Source of the DNA: Collinsella sp. | GTDB taxonomy: Bacteria > Actinomycetota > Coriobacteriia > Coriobacteriales > Coriobacteriaceae | Direction: 5' to 3' | Length of the DNA stretch: 64,000 bases | Assembly (NCBI GenBank): GCA_019425045.1 | Contig: JAHYYI010000007.1 | Span: forward strand, 1,490-65,489 | Shown here: one piece after another, positions 38,318-48,088 of the stretch | Layout: each line of letters opens with the position of its first letter | Position numbering within the stretch: the first letter of the stretch is position 1 | Program-made: the position numbers and the translations under genes | The notes under the pieces: model-generated | What the model saw: the letters and a program-made list of their open reading frames with translations, nothing else | Database searches by the model: none | What the model was told of the DNA's origin: nothing

Positions 38318-39847
38318 CTAGTCCAGTTTGGTGCCCGGTACCTGCGGCGCTTCTTCAAGTAGCGCTTTGAGCTCATTCAGAATGGAAACGGGCTGTCGGT
38401 CGACGGCGTCCAGATGAAGCGTGGCCACACGAAGGGGCGGCTGATATTCAAATGAGCCAAAGAGCACGGGAGAGCCCAGGAACCGCTCGATTTCCTCTGC
38501 GATCGCGTCGATCTCTTCGGGATCGAATTCGTCGAAAAGCGCCACGAACATCGGTCCCGTCGAACGGAACAGACGACCCTTGCCGCGCGAACAATCCATG
38601 AGGCAGGCGGCGCTTTCCGCCAAAACGCGATCGCCCGCATCAAAGCCAAAGCGGGCATTGACCTGAGCGATATCGTCGATTTTAATGGCGACCATGCTCG
38701 CCTTGCGCGCCACGCGACGCATCTCGCCAATGGCGTTGACCAGGGCGTGAATATCGCCCAGACCGGTCACGGAATCGGTCGTATCTGCCAGGCTTCGGTT
38801 GATGATAATGCCCACGTACATGTTAGGCTCGGTATCGGTGCCGTCCAAGCGGTAGCCCGTGCAGTCGCAAAGCGCGTACGCTCCGGTAGCATCCATCACG
38901 CGATACTGCATGTAATGGAAGTGCCACGCGCCGTTTACCACCATATCGAGCTCGCTGCGCACGTTGTCGCGGTCTTCGGGGTGAACGCGGGCAAGCCACA
39001 TATCGAGTGAGTTGTAGGGATGCTGGGAGGGTAGGTCGAAATCGCGCACGGCATTAATCGACCATTGCGATTCGCCGGTATCGAGGTTAAGGATAAACGG
39101 ATAGCGTGTCTCGGAGCTCATGGAGATCGCCTGGAACACGCGGTCGTTGCAAGGAAGTTGATCGGCAATCGGCCGCATCGGCGCGTTGTCTTCTTTCGGT
39201 TGCTGCACGCGGTGCATGAGCTTGTAGCGATACATTTTGCGATCGGCATCCATCGTCATCTGGCGACGCGTATCGCCTGCAAGCGGGTCGACGTGCGAGC
39301 AGCCAAAACTAAAACTGGCGATCATGGGCGCCTTGCCGTCCGATGTTGCCTCGACAAGATCGGTGCGTGTCCGCTCCAAGCGCTGCTCGAGCTCGGCTTC
39401 GCCTGTCGTGGGGGACACGAGTACAAATTCATCTCCACCGATACGGAACAGCATTTCATCGTGCTCCATGGTCTCGGTGAGCGCACGACAGATGCCCAGA
39501 ATATAGCGGTTGCCCTCGGCGTGGCCAAACTTATCGTTGCAGTGCTTGAGGTGATCGATGTCAATATAGGCGCAGGTGAAGGGGGCGCCTTTGCGCCAGA
39601 GCTGATTGACATGGCGGTCGAGTCCACCGCGGTTGCCAAGATTGGTGAGCGAATCGATATAGGCGCTACGTTCGAGCAGCTGGCGTTCTTGTTGCAAGAC
39701 GGCGAGCGTTTTCTGCAGTTGCTCGCCGACGGCGCGCAACTCCGTGGGCAGCGCGTCAACGTCGAGCTCGGCGGTTGAGGCCCCGTTCGCAAGCCGCTGA
39801 AGATGGGCAATGATTGACTGCTCGCCCATGCGATACGACTCGTTCAT
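38318..39847 (-). CDS. Diguanylate cyclase: GGDEF - PAS - degenerate GGDEF
   Basis: DSLTNLGNR, ND.FGH..G, RIGGDEF, VHPED; second domain has STGPMF. Confidence 0.88.
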   Translation of the reverse strand: MNESYRMGEQSIIAHLQRLANGASTAELDVDALPTELRAVGEQLQKTLAVLQQERQLLERSAYIDSLTNLGNRGGLDRHVNQLWRKGAPFTCAYIDIDHLKHCNDKFGHAEGNRYILGICRALTETMEHDEMLFRIGGDEFVLVSPTTGEAELEQRLERTRTDLVEATSDGKAPMIASFSFGCSHVDPLAGDTRRQMTMDADRKMYRYKLMHRVQQPKEDNAPMRPIADQLPCNDRVFQAISMSSETRYPFILNLDTGESQWSINAVRDFDLPSQHPYNSLDMWLARVHPEDRDNVRSELDMVVNGAWHFHYMQYRVMDATGAYALCDCTGYRLDGTDTEPNMYVGIIINRSLADTTDSVTGLGDIHALVNAIGEMRRVARKASMVAIKIDDIAQVNARFGFDAGDRVLAESAACLMDCSRGKGRLFRSTGPMFVALFDEFDPEEIDAIAEEIERFLGSPVLFGSFEYQPPLRVATLHLDAVDRQPVSILNELKALLEEAPQVPGTKLD

Positions 39848-39885
39848 GATGGATAACCTCCTTGGGTGACAGGATGCTCCGTATC

Positions 39886-39919
39886 ATATCCCCAATTCGG
39901 TTTGAATTGGGGATATGAG
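39886..39919. repeat. Inverted repeat between the GGDEF genes
   Basis: CATATCCCCAATTC-GGTTT-GAATTGGGGATATG. Confidence 0.7.
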
Positions 39920-39974
39920 TTAGCCAATGGGGACAAATGCTCCCCTAGACGGTGGTGTTTTGCGCGCGAGCGTA

Positions 39975-42692
39975 TCAGTTGTTATTGCCACCATCGAACA
40001 ATGCCTCAAAATCCTTCGCCGGCATGGGGCGGTAGTAGAGGAAGCCCTGAGCGTAGCGGGCGCCCATCTGTCGTAGCATGTTCGCCTGCTCATTTGTCTC
40101 GACGCCTTCGACCACGACGGGCAGATGGAGCGACTGCGCCATCTCGAGCATAGACGACACGATCTGGGAGCTCCGGTTGTCGGTTTTCCCATCAGGCAAA
40201 AAGGTGCGGTCGAGCTTGATAACATCGACGTTGACGTTCTTGAGCATCGCGAGCGTGGACTGGCCGGTGCCAAAATCGTCCATATAGGTCGAGAAGCCGC
40301 GGGTGTGCAGGTCGGCTGTCAGTTTGTCCACGGCTTCGGACTCCCCCGTATAAGCCGTCTCGGTGATCTCGATACGCATGAGCTCGGGCGGTAGGTTGTA
40401 TTGGGCGGCGAGCGCCCCCATATGTTCGGCAACGTCGCAGGCAAGGATATCCACGCGCGACACATTAAGCGAGACCGGAACCACGCGAAGTCCTCGATCG
40501 ATGCGCTTGCGCAGCCACGAGGCGACACCCTGCCAAATGTACTTGTCGAGAGTCACCACAAAGCCGCTTTCCTCGAGCGCCGGGATAAAGGACGCGGGCG
40601 GAATTAACGATCCATCTTTGTCGATCCAGCGTGTGAGCGCCTCGGCGCCAATGATCTCGCCGGTTTCCATATCAACCAGTGGCTGCAGGTAGTAGGTGAT
40701 GCGGTCGTTTGAGAGCGCATACTGGAACTCGGTGAGGGTGCGGTGAAACGCAACCTCGCGCTTGTATTCCTCGGGGCGAAAGACGGCAATGCGATCCTTA
40801 AAGTCGTTTTTCGCGCGCCGATTGGTAAACATGGCCTTGGCCTGTGCATCGATGGTGATTTCCTCGTTGGAGTCGATGGGGTAGACACCCATGGACGGCC
40901 AGAAACCTACGCCGTTATCATGCTTGGCCACGGCCTCGCGAACGCGGTTATAGATTTTATGGACGGTGTCGTGCTCAAAGGGGATGAGTACGCAAAAGTC
41001 ATCTTGGCCCCAGTACCCTGCGACGCCCATGTCGGCATTCTCGATGTCCTTGAGGACCGTGCCCACATCGGCGAGCATGCGGTCGCCCTCGGCCTGTCCG
41101 TGCCATTCGTTGAACAGCCGCATGTGTCCCATGTCGACGGTAGTGATACACCAAGCGCCGTCGCGCCCTGTCCTCAGAAATGCGTTGGCACGCCGCATAA
41201 ACTCGCTGGGTCGATAGAGGCCCGTGAGCGTATCGATGCGTTCGGCGACGGCGCTTTTGCGCTCAATCTCAGGTATGGGGAGGCTGTCGTTGGGAACAAG
41301 CCCACCGGCCGCACGAAGACGACGGTCGAGCTCGCCTAAAACGGCGGTCGCTTGATTGATTAAGCGCTCGTAAAAGGCCGGAACGACGAGGCAGACGGGG
41401 GTAATGGTATCGCCCGCGATTTGAACAGGAGCGAAAACGGCTTCTTTAAGATGATGGGTCAGTTGCTCGAATGCCTCGTGGCCCAACTCGTTGCTAAGCA
41501 CGACGAACTGGGCGTTTCGTGAGCGGAAGACGCGACTCCTGCCGCGGGTGATCGACAACATGCGGCCTGCGTATTCGGCGAGCATGTTGTCGACAGCCTC
41601 GGCCCCATAGAGCTCGTTGAGCTTTGCCGTGCCGCGAACGCGGACCGCTATAAGCCCCGTCTCGCAACGGTCGCGACGGCAGGCATCGATAGCGTTGATC
41701 AGCATACGCTGCGTTCCGAGGCCCGTAGCGGCGTCGACGGTTTCGGCAAGCGAGTGGTTGACGAGCTCGCCGACATAGAGCGAGGGGGTATTTCCGTCGC
41801 CGTCGATACGAAACCCGCGAGCGCGGCAAAGGACGTAGTCGCCCGCGGCATTGCGCATGCGGTACTGCATGACGCGGCGGTGTTTGGAGCCGTTGTAGAT
41901 TTGGTCGATATCGCTGGTATAGGCCTCAAGGTCATCGGGATGGACACGCGTTTTCCAGTAATCGTGGCAGTTGTCGATATGCTCGGAAGGAAGACCGAGA
42001 TCGCGCAAGGCGCCTTGTGACCAAAGGGTGCGATGCTTGTCCAAGTTCTCGATAAAGCAATAACGGCCTTCGTTGAGCATCGAAAAGGCATCGAAAACGC
42101 GGTCGCTTATTTCGAAGTCGTCGGCGTGGACTTGCACGATATTGCGTCGATCAAGGTGCATGGCATGGCGCAGCTTGTAGTCGTACATGCGATGGTCGGC
42201 ATCGAGTGTCATGCGATTGGAGGCTTCGCCCAGGGCGGGGTCGGCGTGTGCCACTCCGTAGCTAAACGAATGAGGCATCTCGGAATCGTTGTTCTTGAGC
42301 AGGACCGTTCGGCAGTGTTCCAGACGTTCGGCGAGGTCGTCCTCGGTCGCAATCGTAGATAGGATGGCAAACTCGTCGCCGCCTATGCGAAACGCCGCCT
42401 CGTCCACTTTCATATACAGTTTGAGATAAAGGCTTACCTGCAAGATGTAGCGGTTGCCCTCGTCATGCCCAAAGACGTCGTTGCAGTGCTTGAGATTGTC
42501 GATATCGATGAACGCCATGGTAACGGGGATGTCCTGCTCCCAGAGCTCCTCGAGGGAACGGGCAAAGCCGCCGCGGTTGCCAAGTCCGGTAAGCTGGTCG
42601 GTAAAGGCGGTCCTAATCAGATCATCCTGACGCTCGAGAAGGTCACGGATGGTCTTTTCGAGCGTTTCGGTGTAATTGCTGACAGTATCCAT
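39975..42692 (-). CDS. GGDEF - PAS - two degenerate GGDEF - EAL protein
   Basis: RIGGDEF, VHPDD, WGQDDF, AEALTRW, EITE, DDFGTG, EGVE, QG. Confidence 0.9.
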   Translation of the reverse strand: MDTVSNYTETLEKTIRDLLERQDDLIRTAFTDQLTGLGNRGGFARSLEELWEQDIPVTMAFIDIDNLKHCNDVFGHDEGNRYILQVSLYLKLYMKVDEAAFRIGGDEFAILSTIATEDDLAERLEHCRTVLLKNNDSEMPHSFSYGVAHADPALGEASNRMTLDADHRMYDYKLRHAMHLDRRNIVQVHADDFEISDRVFDAFSMLNEGRYCFIENLDKHRTLWSQGALRDLGLPSEHIDNCHDYWKTRVHPDDLEAYTSDIDQIYNGSKHRRVMQYRMRNAAGDYVLCRARGFRIDGDGNTPSLYVGELVNHSLAETVDAATGLGTQRMLINAIDACRRDRCETGLIAVRVRGTAKLNELYGAEAVDNMLAEYAGRMLSITRGRSRVFRSRNAQFVVLSNELGHEAFEQLTHHLKEAVFAPVQIAGDTITPVCLVVPAFYERLINQATAVLGELDRRLRAAGGLVPNDSLPIPEIERKSAVAERIDTLTGLYRPSEFMRRANAFLRTGRDGAWCITTVDMGHMRLFNEWHGQAEGDRMLADVGTVLKDIENADMGVAGYWGQDDFCVLIPFEHDTVHKIYNRVREAVAKHDNGVGFWPSMGVYPIDSNEEITIDAQAKAMFTNRRAKNDFKDRIAVFRPEEYKREVAFHRTLTEFQYALSNDRITYYLQPLVDMETGEIIGAEALTRWIDKDGSLIPPASFIPALEESGFVVTLDKYIWQGVASWLRKRIDRGLRVVPVSLNVSRVDILACDVAEHMGALAAQYNLPPELMRIEITETAYTGESEAVDKLTADLHTRGFSTYMDDFGTGQSTLAMLKNVNVDVIKLDRTFLPDGKTDNRSSQIVSSMLEMAQSLHLPVVVEGVETNEQANMLRQMGARYAQGFLYYRPMPAKDFEALFDGGNNN

Positions 42693-43016
42693 GTTCTAAG
42701 CGGCTTTCTGAGGTCGGGGCGGATTGCGTCGGGCGAGCTCGTTGTGTACACGCGTCGTTGCTCAGCGTATTGCGTGTATCCAGGCCTCCGCCTTGCGGCG
42801 TTGTTGGGTTACTTTGCCGGCTAATGTTCGCTGTTGATAACTGCTGAGTAGTATAAACAACAGTACAAAATTATATAGGGGTGCCAATACTATGGGTGAC
42901 AATTATTTGCCAAGCGGTAACACGACGATGCGATGTTCGATGAAAATGCGACTGAGACGATATATGTTGACGGGTATACTTGTCCCGTTTAAAAACGCAG
43001 AAACGGGGATGATCGC

Positions 43017-43886
43017 ATGACGCAGCCAGATACGACGCGCACGGTGGGGCTCGCGCTCGAGGGAGGCGGCTACCGCGGTATGTATACGGCGGGCGTGCTC
43101 GACGTATGGATGGAGTGCGGCTTAACTTGCGACCATATGGTGGGTGTCTCGGCGGGCGCGGCATTTGGCTACAACTTTAAATCGCGCCAGATCGGCCGTG
43201 CCATCCGCTACAACAAGGCCTATTGCGCCGACAAGCGCTATGCGAGTGTAACGAGCTGGTTGCGAACAGGGGACATGTTCAATGCCGATTTTGCCTATCA
43301 CGAGGTGCCCGTCGAGCGCGATCCCATCGACCTGGAGACATATCGTGCCTGCCCCATGCGGTTTACGTGCGTGTGTACCGATATCGAGACGGGCAAGGCC
43401 GTCTATCACGATCTGCCGTATGGCGACGAGCGCGATATCGAGTGGATTCGGGCGTCATCGGCGATCCCTGTGGCAACGCGTCCCGTTGCTATTGAGGGCC
43501 GCAAGTATCTGGATGGTGGCGTGGCCGATTCCATTCCCAGTGCTTGGCTGTTTGCGCAGGGCTATGACCGCAACGTGGTGGTGCTGACGCAGCCGGCGGG
43601 CTTTGTAAAGCAGCCCAACAGCGTGATGCCCATGCTGCGGCGCGTGTTCCGTCACTACCCGGAGTTTGTCGCAGCGCTTGAGCATCGGCATGAGGTCTAC
43701 AATGCCACGCTCGATGACCTGGCGCGTCGCGAGGCGGCCGGCGAGGTCTTTGTGGTACGGCCGAGCGAATCGGTAAAGGTGCCGTCGCTGTGCCGCGAGC
43801 CCGATGAGCTCGAGCGCATCTACCAGGTCGGTCGTCGTGATGCGGAGGCGACCTTGCCGGCGCTGGAAACGTATCTGGCGGGGTAG
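43017..43886 (+). CDS. Patatin-like phospholipase
   Basis: GGGYRG, GVSAG, DGG. Confidence 0.92.
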   Translation: MTQPDTTRTVGLALEGGGYRGMYTAGVLDVWMECGLTCDHMVGVSAGAAFGYNFKSRQIGRAIRYNKAYCADKRYASVTSWLRTGDMFNADFAYHEVPVERDPIDLETYRACPMRFTCVCTDIETGKAVYHDLPYGDERDIEWIRASSAIPVATRPVAIEGRKYLDGGVADSIPSAWLFAQGYDRNVVVLTQPAGFVKQPNSVMPMLRRVFRHYPEFVAALEHRHEVYNATLDDLARREAAGEVFVVRPSESVKVPSLCREPDELERIYQVGRRDAEATLPALETYLAG

Positions 43887-43896
43887 GGGCTGCGGC

Positions 43897-43942
43897 GGAA
43901 AGCGCATCCCGGAATGGAGGTCCAAACTGGGATGCGCTTTCC
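43897..43942. terminator. Hairpin between convergent genes
   Basis: GGAAAGCGCATCCC ... GGGATGCGCTTTCC. Confidence 0.6.
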
Positions 43943-43986
43943 ATTGCTGAAGATATGAAGCTGCGAATCGGCTGCACGGCTTATGC

Positions 43987-44682
43987 TTATGCCTGCTGCC
44001 AGGTGTCGACGAGCTCCTTGGCTGCGGCGTGGGGGTCGTCGGCACCGCAGACGGCGCTCACCACAAAGAAGCCGTCGACGCCGGTGGCCTTGAGCTGCGG
44101 CAGATCGGCCGTCTTGACGCCGCCGCCCACCACGATGGGTACGGGGCTTGCCGCATGGAGGGCTGCCAGGTCCTCAAAGCTCTTGGTGATGATGGAACCG
44201 TCGGCCGCGCGTCCGCAATCGCGCTTGGTCTCGGTCTCGTGGAGCGGGCCTATGCCCAGGTAGTCGACCAGGCTCATGTCGGCGGTCTTGACGTACTCGA
44301 GCATCTCCTCGCAACGGGCCGAAAGACCCACGATGGCATCGGGGCCCAGCAGCTTGCGACAGACCTCGACGGGGATGTCGCTCTGACCCACGTGCACGCC
44401 GTCGACAGCGATGCCCTGCTCGCGCGCGGCGAGCACGCAGTCAAGGCGGTCGTCGATCAGCAAGGCGACCTGACCGGTCTTGCCGGCCTGAGCGATAGCC
44501 TGCGCGGCGTCGTCGGTCAGCGCGATGATCTCGCGGGCACTTGCCACCTTGGAGCGCACCTGGATGCAGGTAAAGCCGGCGTCGAGTGCCTGGGCCACTA
44601 CATCGCCCACGGGGCGCCCGAGCGTGTTTTCGGGACCGAGTACCAGATAGGCCGAGATATCAAGGTTGTCGCGGATGCTCAT
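43987..44682 (-). CDS. thiE: Thiamine phosphate synthase
   Basis: QVRSK, IDDR, GVHVGQSD, GLSA, GP...T.TK; in TPP-riboswitch operon. Confidence 0.92.
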   Translation of the reverse strand: MSIRDNLDISAYLVLGPENTLGRPVGDVVAQALDAGFTCIQVRSKVASAREIIALTDDAAQAIAQAGKTGQVALLIDDRLDCVLAAREQGIAVDGVHVGQSDIPVEVCRKLLGPDAIVGLSARCEEMLEYVKTADMSLVDYLGIGPLHETETKRDCGRAADGSIITKSFEDLAALHAASPVPIVVGGGVKTADLPQLKATGVDGFFVVSAVCGADDPHAAAKELVDTWQQA

Positions 44683-45020
44683 CGTGCTTCCTCCTGTTTC
44701 TTGATCTGTGCTTCCATGCGCTCGAGTTTGCCGGTCATGGTGTCGGTAAATCCGGGTCGAATATCGGCTTTGAGCACGACTTCGGTGCGGATGCCCTTGC
44801 TCGCTAACACAAAGGTTGCGTCGCGCACGACCTGCATGACCTCGTCCCAGTCGCCCTCGATCTCGGTGAACATCGAGGTGGTGCGGTTGGGAAGGCCGCT
44901 CTCGCGAATGACGCGCACGACCTCAGCGACCTCGGCGGACAGTTCATCGCCGGTGCCACACGGGGCGATGGCCACGGCGACGAGCGTGTTCATGCCGGCG
45001 TTGGTTGCGGGCTCGGACAT
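44679..45020 (-). CDS. Thiamine-binding protein (MTH1187/YkoF-like)
   Basis: ESGL..SMFTEIEGDWDEVM; operon context. Confidence 0.85.
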   Translation of the reverse strand: MSEPATNAGMNTLVAVAIAPCGTGDELSAEVAEVVRVIRESGLPNRTTSMFTEIEGDWDEVMQVVRDATFVLASKGIRTEVVLKADIRPGFTDTMTGKLERMEAQIKKQEEAR

Positions 45021-45023
45021 GGC

Positions 45024-45863
45024 TTATGCCTCCTCGAGCTCGAGTCGGTTATCGGCGATGTCCTGGGCGGTTGCGCGGTAGAGCTCGTCGATAAAGGCGA
45101 CCTTAAAGCTTGCCGGGGCATCGGCGACAGCGGCGGCACGCGTGCCGGCTACGTTGTAGACGGCGGTGCCGCAGACGGCTGCCGTAAACGGATCGGCAGC
45201 GCAGGCGTACACGGCTAGCACGCCGCCCTGCGAGCAACCGCAGCCGGTAATCTTTGACATGAGCGGGCTGCCGCCGTGGGATTTGGCTACGGTCGTGCCG
45301 TCGGTAATCAGGTCGACTTCGCCCGAGACCACCACAGCGCCGCCGGTGTAGCGGGCGAGCGCTACGGCGGCATCGCGGGCGGCATCGACCGTGTCGGTGG
45401 TATCGACACCGCGCACGCGGCTCAGATCGGCTGCCTCGCCCTCAAGACCCCACAGGCCGGCGAGCGCGATGATCTCGGAGGCGTTGCCGCGTACGATGGC
45501 GGGCTTGTACTGCTTGAGCTCGTTTACCAGCTGGGTGCGCAGGCTACCGATGCCCAGGCCAACCGGATCGAGCACCCAGGGCTTGCCGGCATCGTGTGCC
45601 GCCTTGGCCGCGCGGGGAATCGTCTGCTCGTAGATGGGGAAGAGCGTGCCCATATTGAGATAGATGGCGCCGCCGCCGGCAACGAGTGCCTCGCCCTCGT
45701 CTGGCAGATAAACCATGGCGGCCGAACCGCCCACGGCGAGCTGTGCGTTGGCGACAAAGTCGATCGTCACCGTGTTGGTGATGGAGCCGGCCATCGGATT
45801 GGTGGCGCGAATCTCTTCCACGGCCTTGACCACATTTTGCTTAAGCTGTTCCGAATCAATCAC
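45024..45863 (-). CDS. thiM: Hydroxyethylthiazole kinase
   Basis: ITNTV..AN..LA.GGS, LDPVG, RGNASEI, ITGCGC; GTG start after AAGGAGG. Confidence 0.93.
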   Translation of the reverse strand: MIDSEQLKQNVVKAVEEIRATNPMAGSITNTVTIDFVANAQLAVGGSAAMVYLPDEGEALVAGGGAIYLNMGTLFPIYEQTIPRAAKAAHDAGKPWVLDPVGLGIGSLRTQLVNELKQYKPAIVRGNASEIIALAGLWGLEGEAADLSRVRGVDTTDTVDAARDAAVALARYTGGAVVVSGEVDLITDGTTVAKSHGGSPLMSKITGCGCSQGGVLAVYACAADPFTAAVCGTAVYNVAGTRAAAVADAPASFKVAFIDELYRATAQDIADNRLELEEA

Positions 45864-45884
45864 TGCACATGCCTCCTTGGCATA

Positions 45885-45916
45885 GAAAAGGGGCGCTGTG
45901 CATAGACAGCGCCCCT
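45885..45916 (-). terminator. Terminator forming the riboswitch expression platform
   Basis: Minus strand AGGGGCGCTGT-CTATGC-ACAGCGCCCCTTTT between aptamer and RBS. Confidence 0.75.
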
Positions 45917-45925
45917 GCAAAGGCG

Positions 45926-46022
45926 GCATGCTCCCTACGCCAGCATTAACTGACAGGTTCAAAGGATTGGGCCCCATGCCCTCTCAGCCTTGTGGTTTGC
46001 ACCGCCGGCACTCCCGCATCGA
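45926..46022 (-). ncRNA. TPP riboswitch
   Basis: Minus strand GGGAGTG...GGCTGAGA...CCTTTGAACCTG..TAATGCTGGCGTAGGGAG upstream of thiM. Confidence 0.95.
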
Positions 46023-46046
46023 ATCTGTTGTTCCCTATACTAGCGC

Positions 46047-46080
46047 ACCTGCCAAAAAGGGACAGGTTTTTTTGGCAGGT
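46047..46080. repeat. REP-like palindrome, family C copy 2
   Basis: ACCTGCCAAAAA-GGGACAGGTT-TTTTTGGCAGGT. Confidence 0.8.
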
Positions 46081-46117
46081 CGTTACAATAGGTAGGACCG
46101 ATACGAATGGGGGCCTT

Positions 46118-47026
46118 ATGATCAAACTTGTGCTGACCGATATGGACGATACGCTGATTCCAGCCGGGCATGACGGCGCCAGCGACTACGCCATCGAGGG
46201 CATTCATGCCATGCAGGCGGCGGGTCTGCACTTTGGCCCGGTTTCGGGTCGCCAGCCGTCCGCGATGGGCTGGATGTTCAAAAATCGTTCCGAGTGCTTT
46301 TCGACCGGTGCGTTCTGCAACGGCCAGGTCATGTTTGTCGACGGTCAGGCGGTCGCTTCGCGCGCGACCGACAACGATGCCCTGATGCGTCTGGCCGATT
46401 ACCTCGAGCAAGAGACCGACGATACCTATCTAAAGGTCTACAGCCTGGGTGACGACTTTTGGGATAACGATGCCTATTGCGTGACGAGCGACCCCGAGCG
46501 CGTGCGTCGCGCCATGGAGTCGGGCGGCAACGCATGGCTCAAGGGCGAAGAGGCTCCGTGCCGTCCCGTTGTCGATGATGCCCCGGTATACAAGGCGAAT
46601 ATCTGGAGCGCCCGTTCGCGTGAGGAGCTCGCGGAGCTACGTGAGCGCGTTGCCGCTGAGGTACCGGAGCTCTCACTCGTGTTTCCCAACAATCGTGTGC
46701 GCCTGTTCGATATCCTTCCAGCAGGTTGGGACAAGGGTTGCGCCGCGCTGGAGCTGGCGCGCGCTTTGGACCTGACGCTCGACGAGGTGGCCGTATTCGG
46801 TGATTCCGATAACGACCTGCCCATGATCGATGCCGTTCCCAACTCCGTTGCAGTCGCCAATGCCAACGAGGCTGTCACGGCTGCCGCGCGCTGGCATATC
46901 GGCGCTGCGGTAGACGATGCGGTTGCCGAGGCTCTGCATCAGATTGCCGCCTGCGCCGCGACGGGGGAGATGCCGCCGTTTATGCGTCAGATGGATGCGA
47001 CGGGTTTCGACGTCACGAACGTCTAG
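46118..47026 (+). CDS. Cof-type HAD-IIB hydrolase
   Basis: DMDDTL, SGR, DKG, FGDSDND. Confidence 0.9.
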   Translation: MIKLVLTDMDDTLIPAGHDGASDYAIEGIHAMQAAGLHFGPVSGRQPSAMGWMFKNRSECFSTGAFCNGQVMFVDGQAVASRATDNDALMRLADYLEQETDDTYLKVYSLGDDFWDNDAYCVTSDPERVRRAMESGGNAWLKGEEAPCRPVVDDAPVYKANIWSARSREELAELRERVAAEVPELSLVFPNNRVRLFDILPAGWDKGCAALELARALDLTLDEVAVFGDSDNDLPMIDAVPNSVAVANANEAVTAAARWHIGAAVDDAVAEALHQIAACAATGEMPPFMRQMDATGFDVTNV

Positions 47027-47036
47027 GGAGGGCGCT

Positions 47037-47933
47037 ATGAAGCTTCAGCAGCTCAGATATGTTGTAAAGGTTGCCGAATGCGGCAGCATCACCGAGGCCT
47101 CGCGCCGACTCTTTGTGTCGCAGCCTTCGATTACCGCATCGATCCGCGATCTCGAAAACGAGATGGGTGTGCACATCTTTGAGCGCACCAACAAGGGCGT
47201 CATTGTGTCCGAGGAAGGCGAGACCTTCTTGGGCTACGCGCGCCAGGTGCTCGACCAGGCCGACCTGCTCGAGGGCAAGTACAAGGGCGCGTCCGAGCAG
47301 GTGCCGCACTTTAGTGTGAGCTGCCAGCATTATTCCTTTGCCGTTAATGCGTTTGTCGACGTGATCCGTGAATTCGATGCCGCGCGCTATGACTTTACCC
47401 TGCGCGAGGAACAGACTCACGAGATTATCGAGGACGTCGCGCATATGAAAAGCGAACTGGGCATCCTGTATCTGTCGGAGCATAACCGCGAGGTTATCGA
47501 GCGCATGCTGGCGGCCAACGAGCTCGTGTTCGAAGGGCTCTTCTGCGCCACGCCGCACGTTTTTGTGTGTGCCGACCACCCGTTGGCTGACCGCTCCAGT
47601 GTGACGCTCGAAGACCTCGAGGACTACCCATTCTTGTCCTATGAGCAGGGCAGCTATAACTCGTTTTACTATTCCGAGGAGCTGACTTCGACCTTTGAGC
47701 GCCGCAAGAATATCCGCGTGCGCGACCGTGCGACGCTGTTCAACCTGGCCATGGGACTCAACGGCTACACGGTGTGTTCGGGCGTGATCAGCCACGAACT
47801 TAACGGTCCCGGCATCATTTCGATTCCGCTCGATGTAGACGAGTACATGGAGATCGGCATCATCACGCGCAAAAATACGACGCTCACGCGCTACGGCCAA
47901 GCCTATATCGACGCGATCCGTCAGCATATCTAG
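47037..47933 (+). CDS. LysR regulator, MtaR/MetR-like
   Basis: LFVSQPSIT, QHYSFAV, F.YSEE, RDRATLFNL; upstream of methionine synthase. Confidence 0.9.
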   Translation: MKLQQLRYVVKVAECGSITEASRRLFVSQPSITASIRDLENEMGVHIFERTNKGVIVSEEGETFLGYARQVLDQADLLEGKYKGASEQVPHFSVSCQHYSFAVNAFVDVIREFDAARYDFTLREEQTHEIIEDVAHMKSELGILYLSEHNREVIERMLAANELVFEGLFCATPHVFVCADHPLADRSSVTLEDLEDYPFLSYEQGSYNSFYYSEELTSTFERRKNIRVRDRATLFNLAMGLNGYTVCSGVISHELNGPGIISIPLDVDEYMEIGIITRKNTTLTRYGQAYIDAIRQHI

Positions 47934-47979
47934 ACTGCTGCGTTCTGCACGGGTCAAATCTCTTTATGGCAGTCCCAAC

Positions 47980-48002
47980 TGATATAGGAAGCATCTATAT
48001 CA
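47980..48002. promoter_or_regulatory. MET-box-like LysR operator
   Basis: TGA-TATAG-GAAGCAT-CTATA-TCA matches TATAG-N7-CTATA. Confidence 0.75.
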
Positions 48003-48088
48003 AACTGTTGTAAACGTATATTTTACGATGGCCATATGAGCGCTCATACTCTGTCCCAGTAAAGCAACCAATGCAAAGGGAGATATCT

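Noticed and set aside
42700..43000. Possible c-di-GMP riboswitch upstream of the GGDEF genes
   Set aside because: Only scattered short matches (GGCAAA, GGGTTAC); the conserved two-hairpin architecture could not be built on the correct strand.
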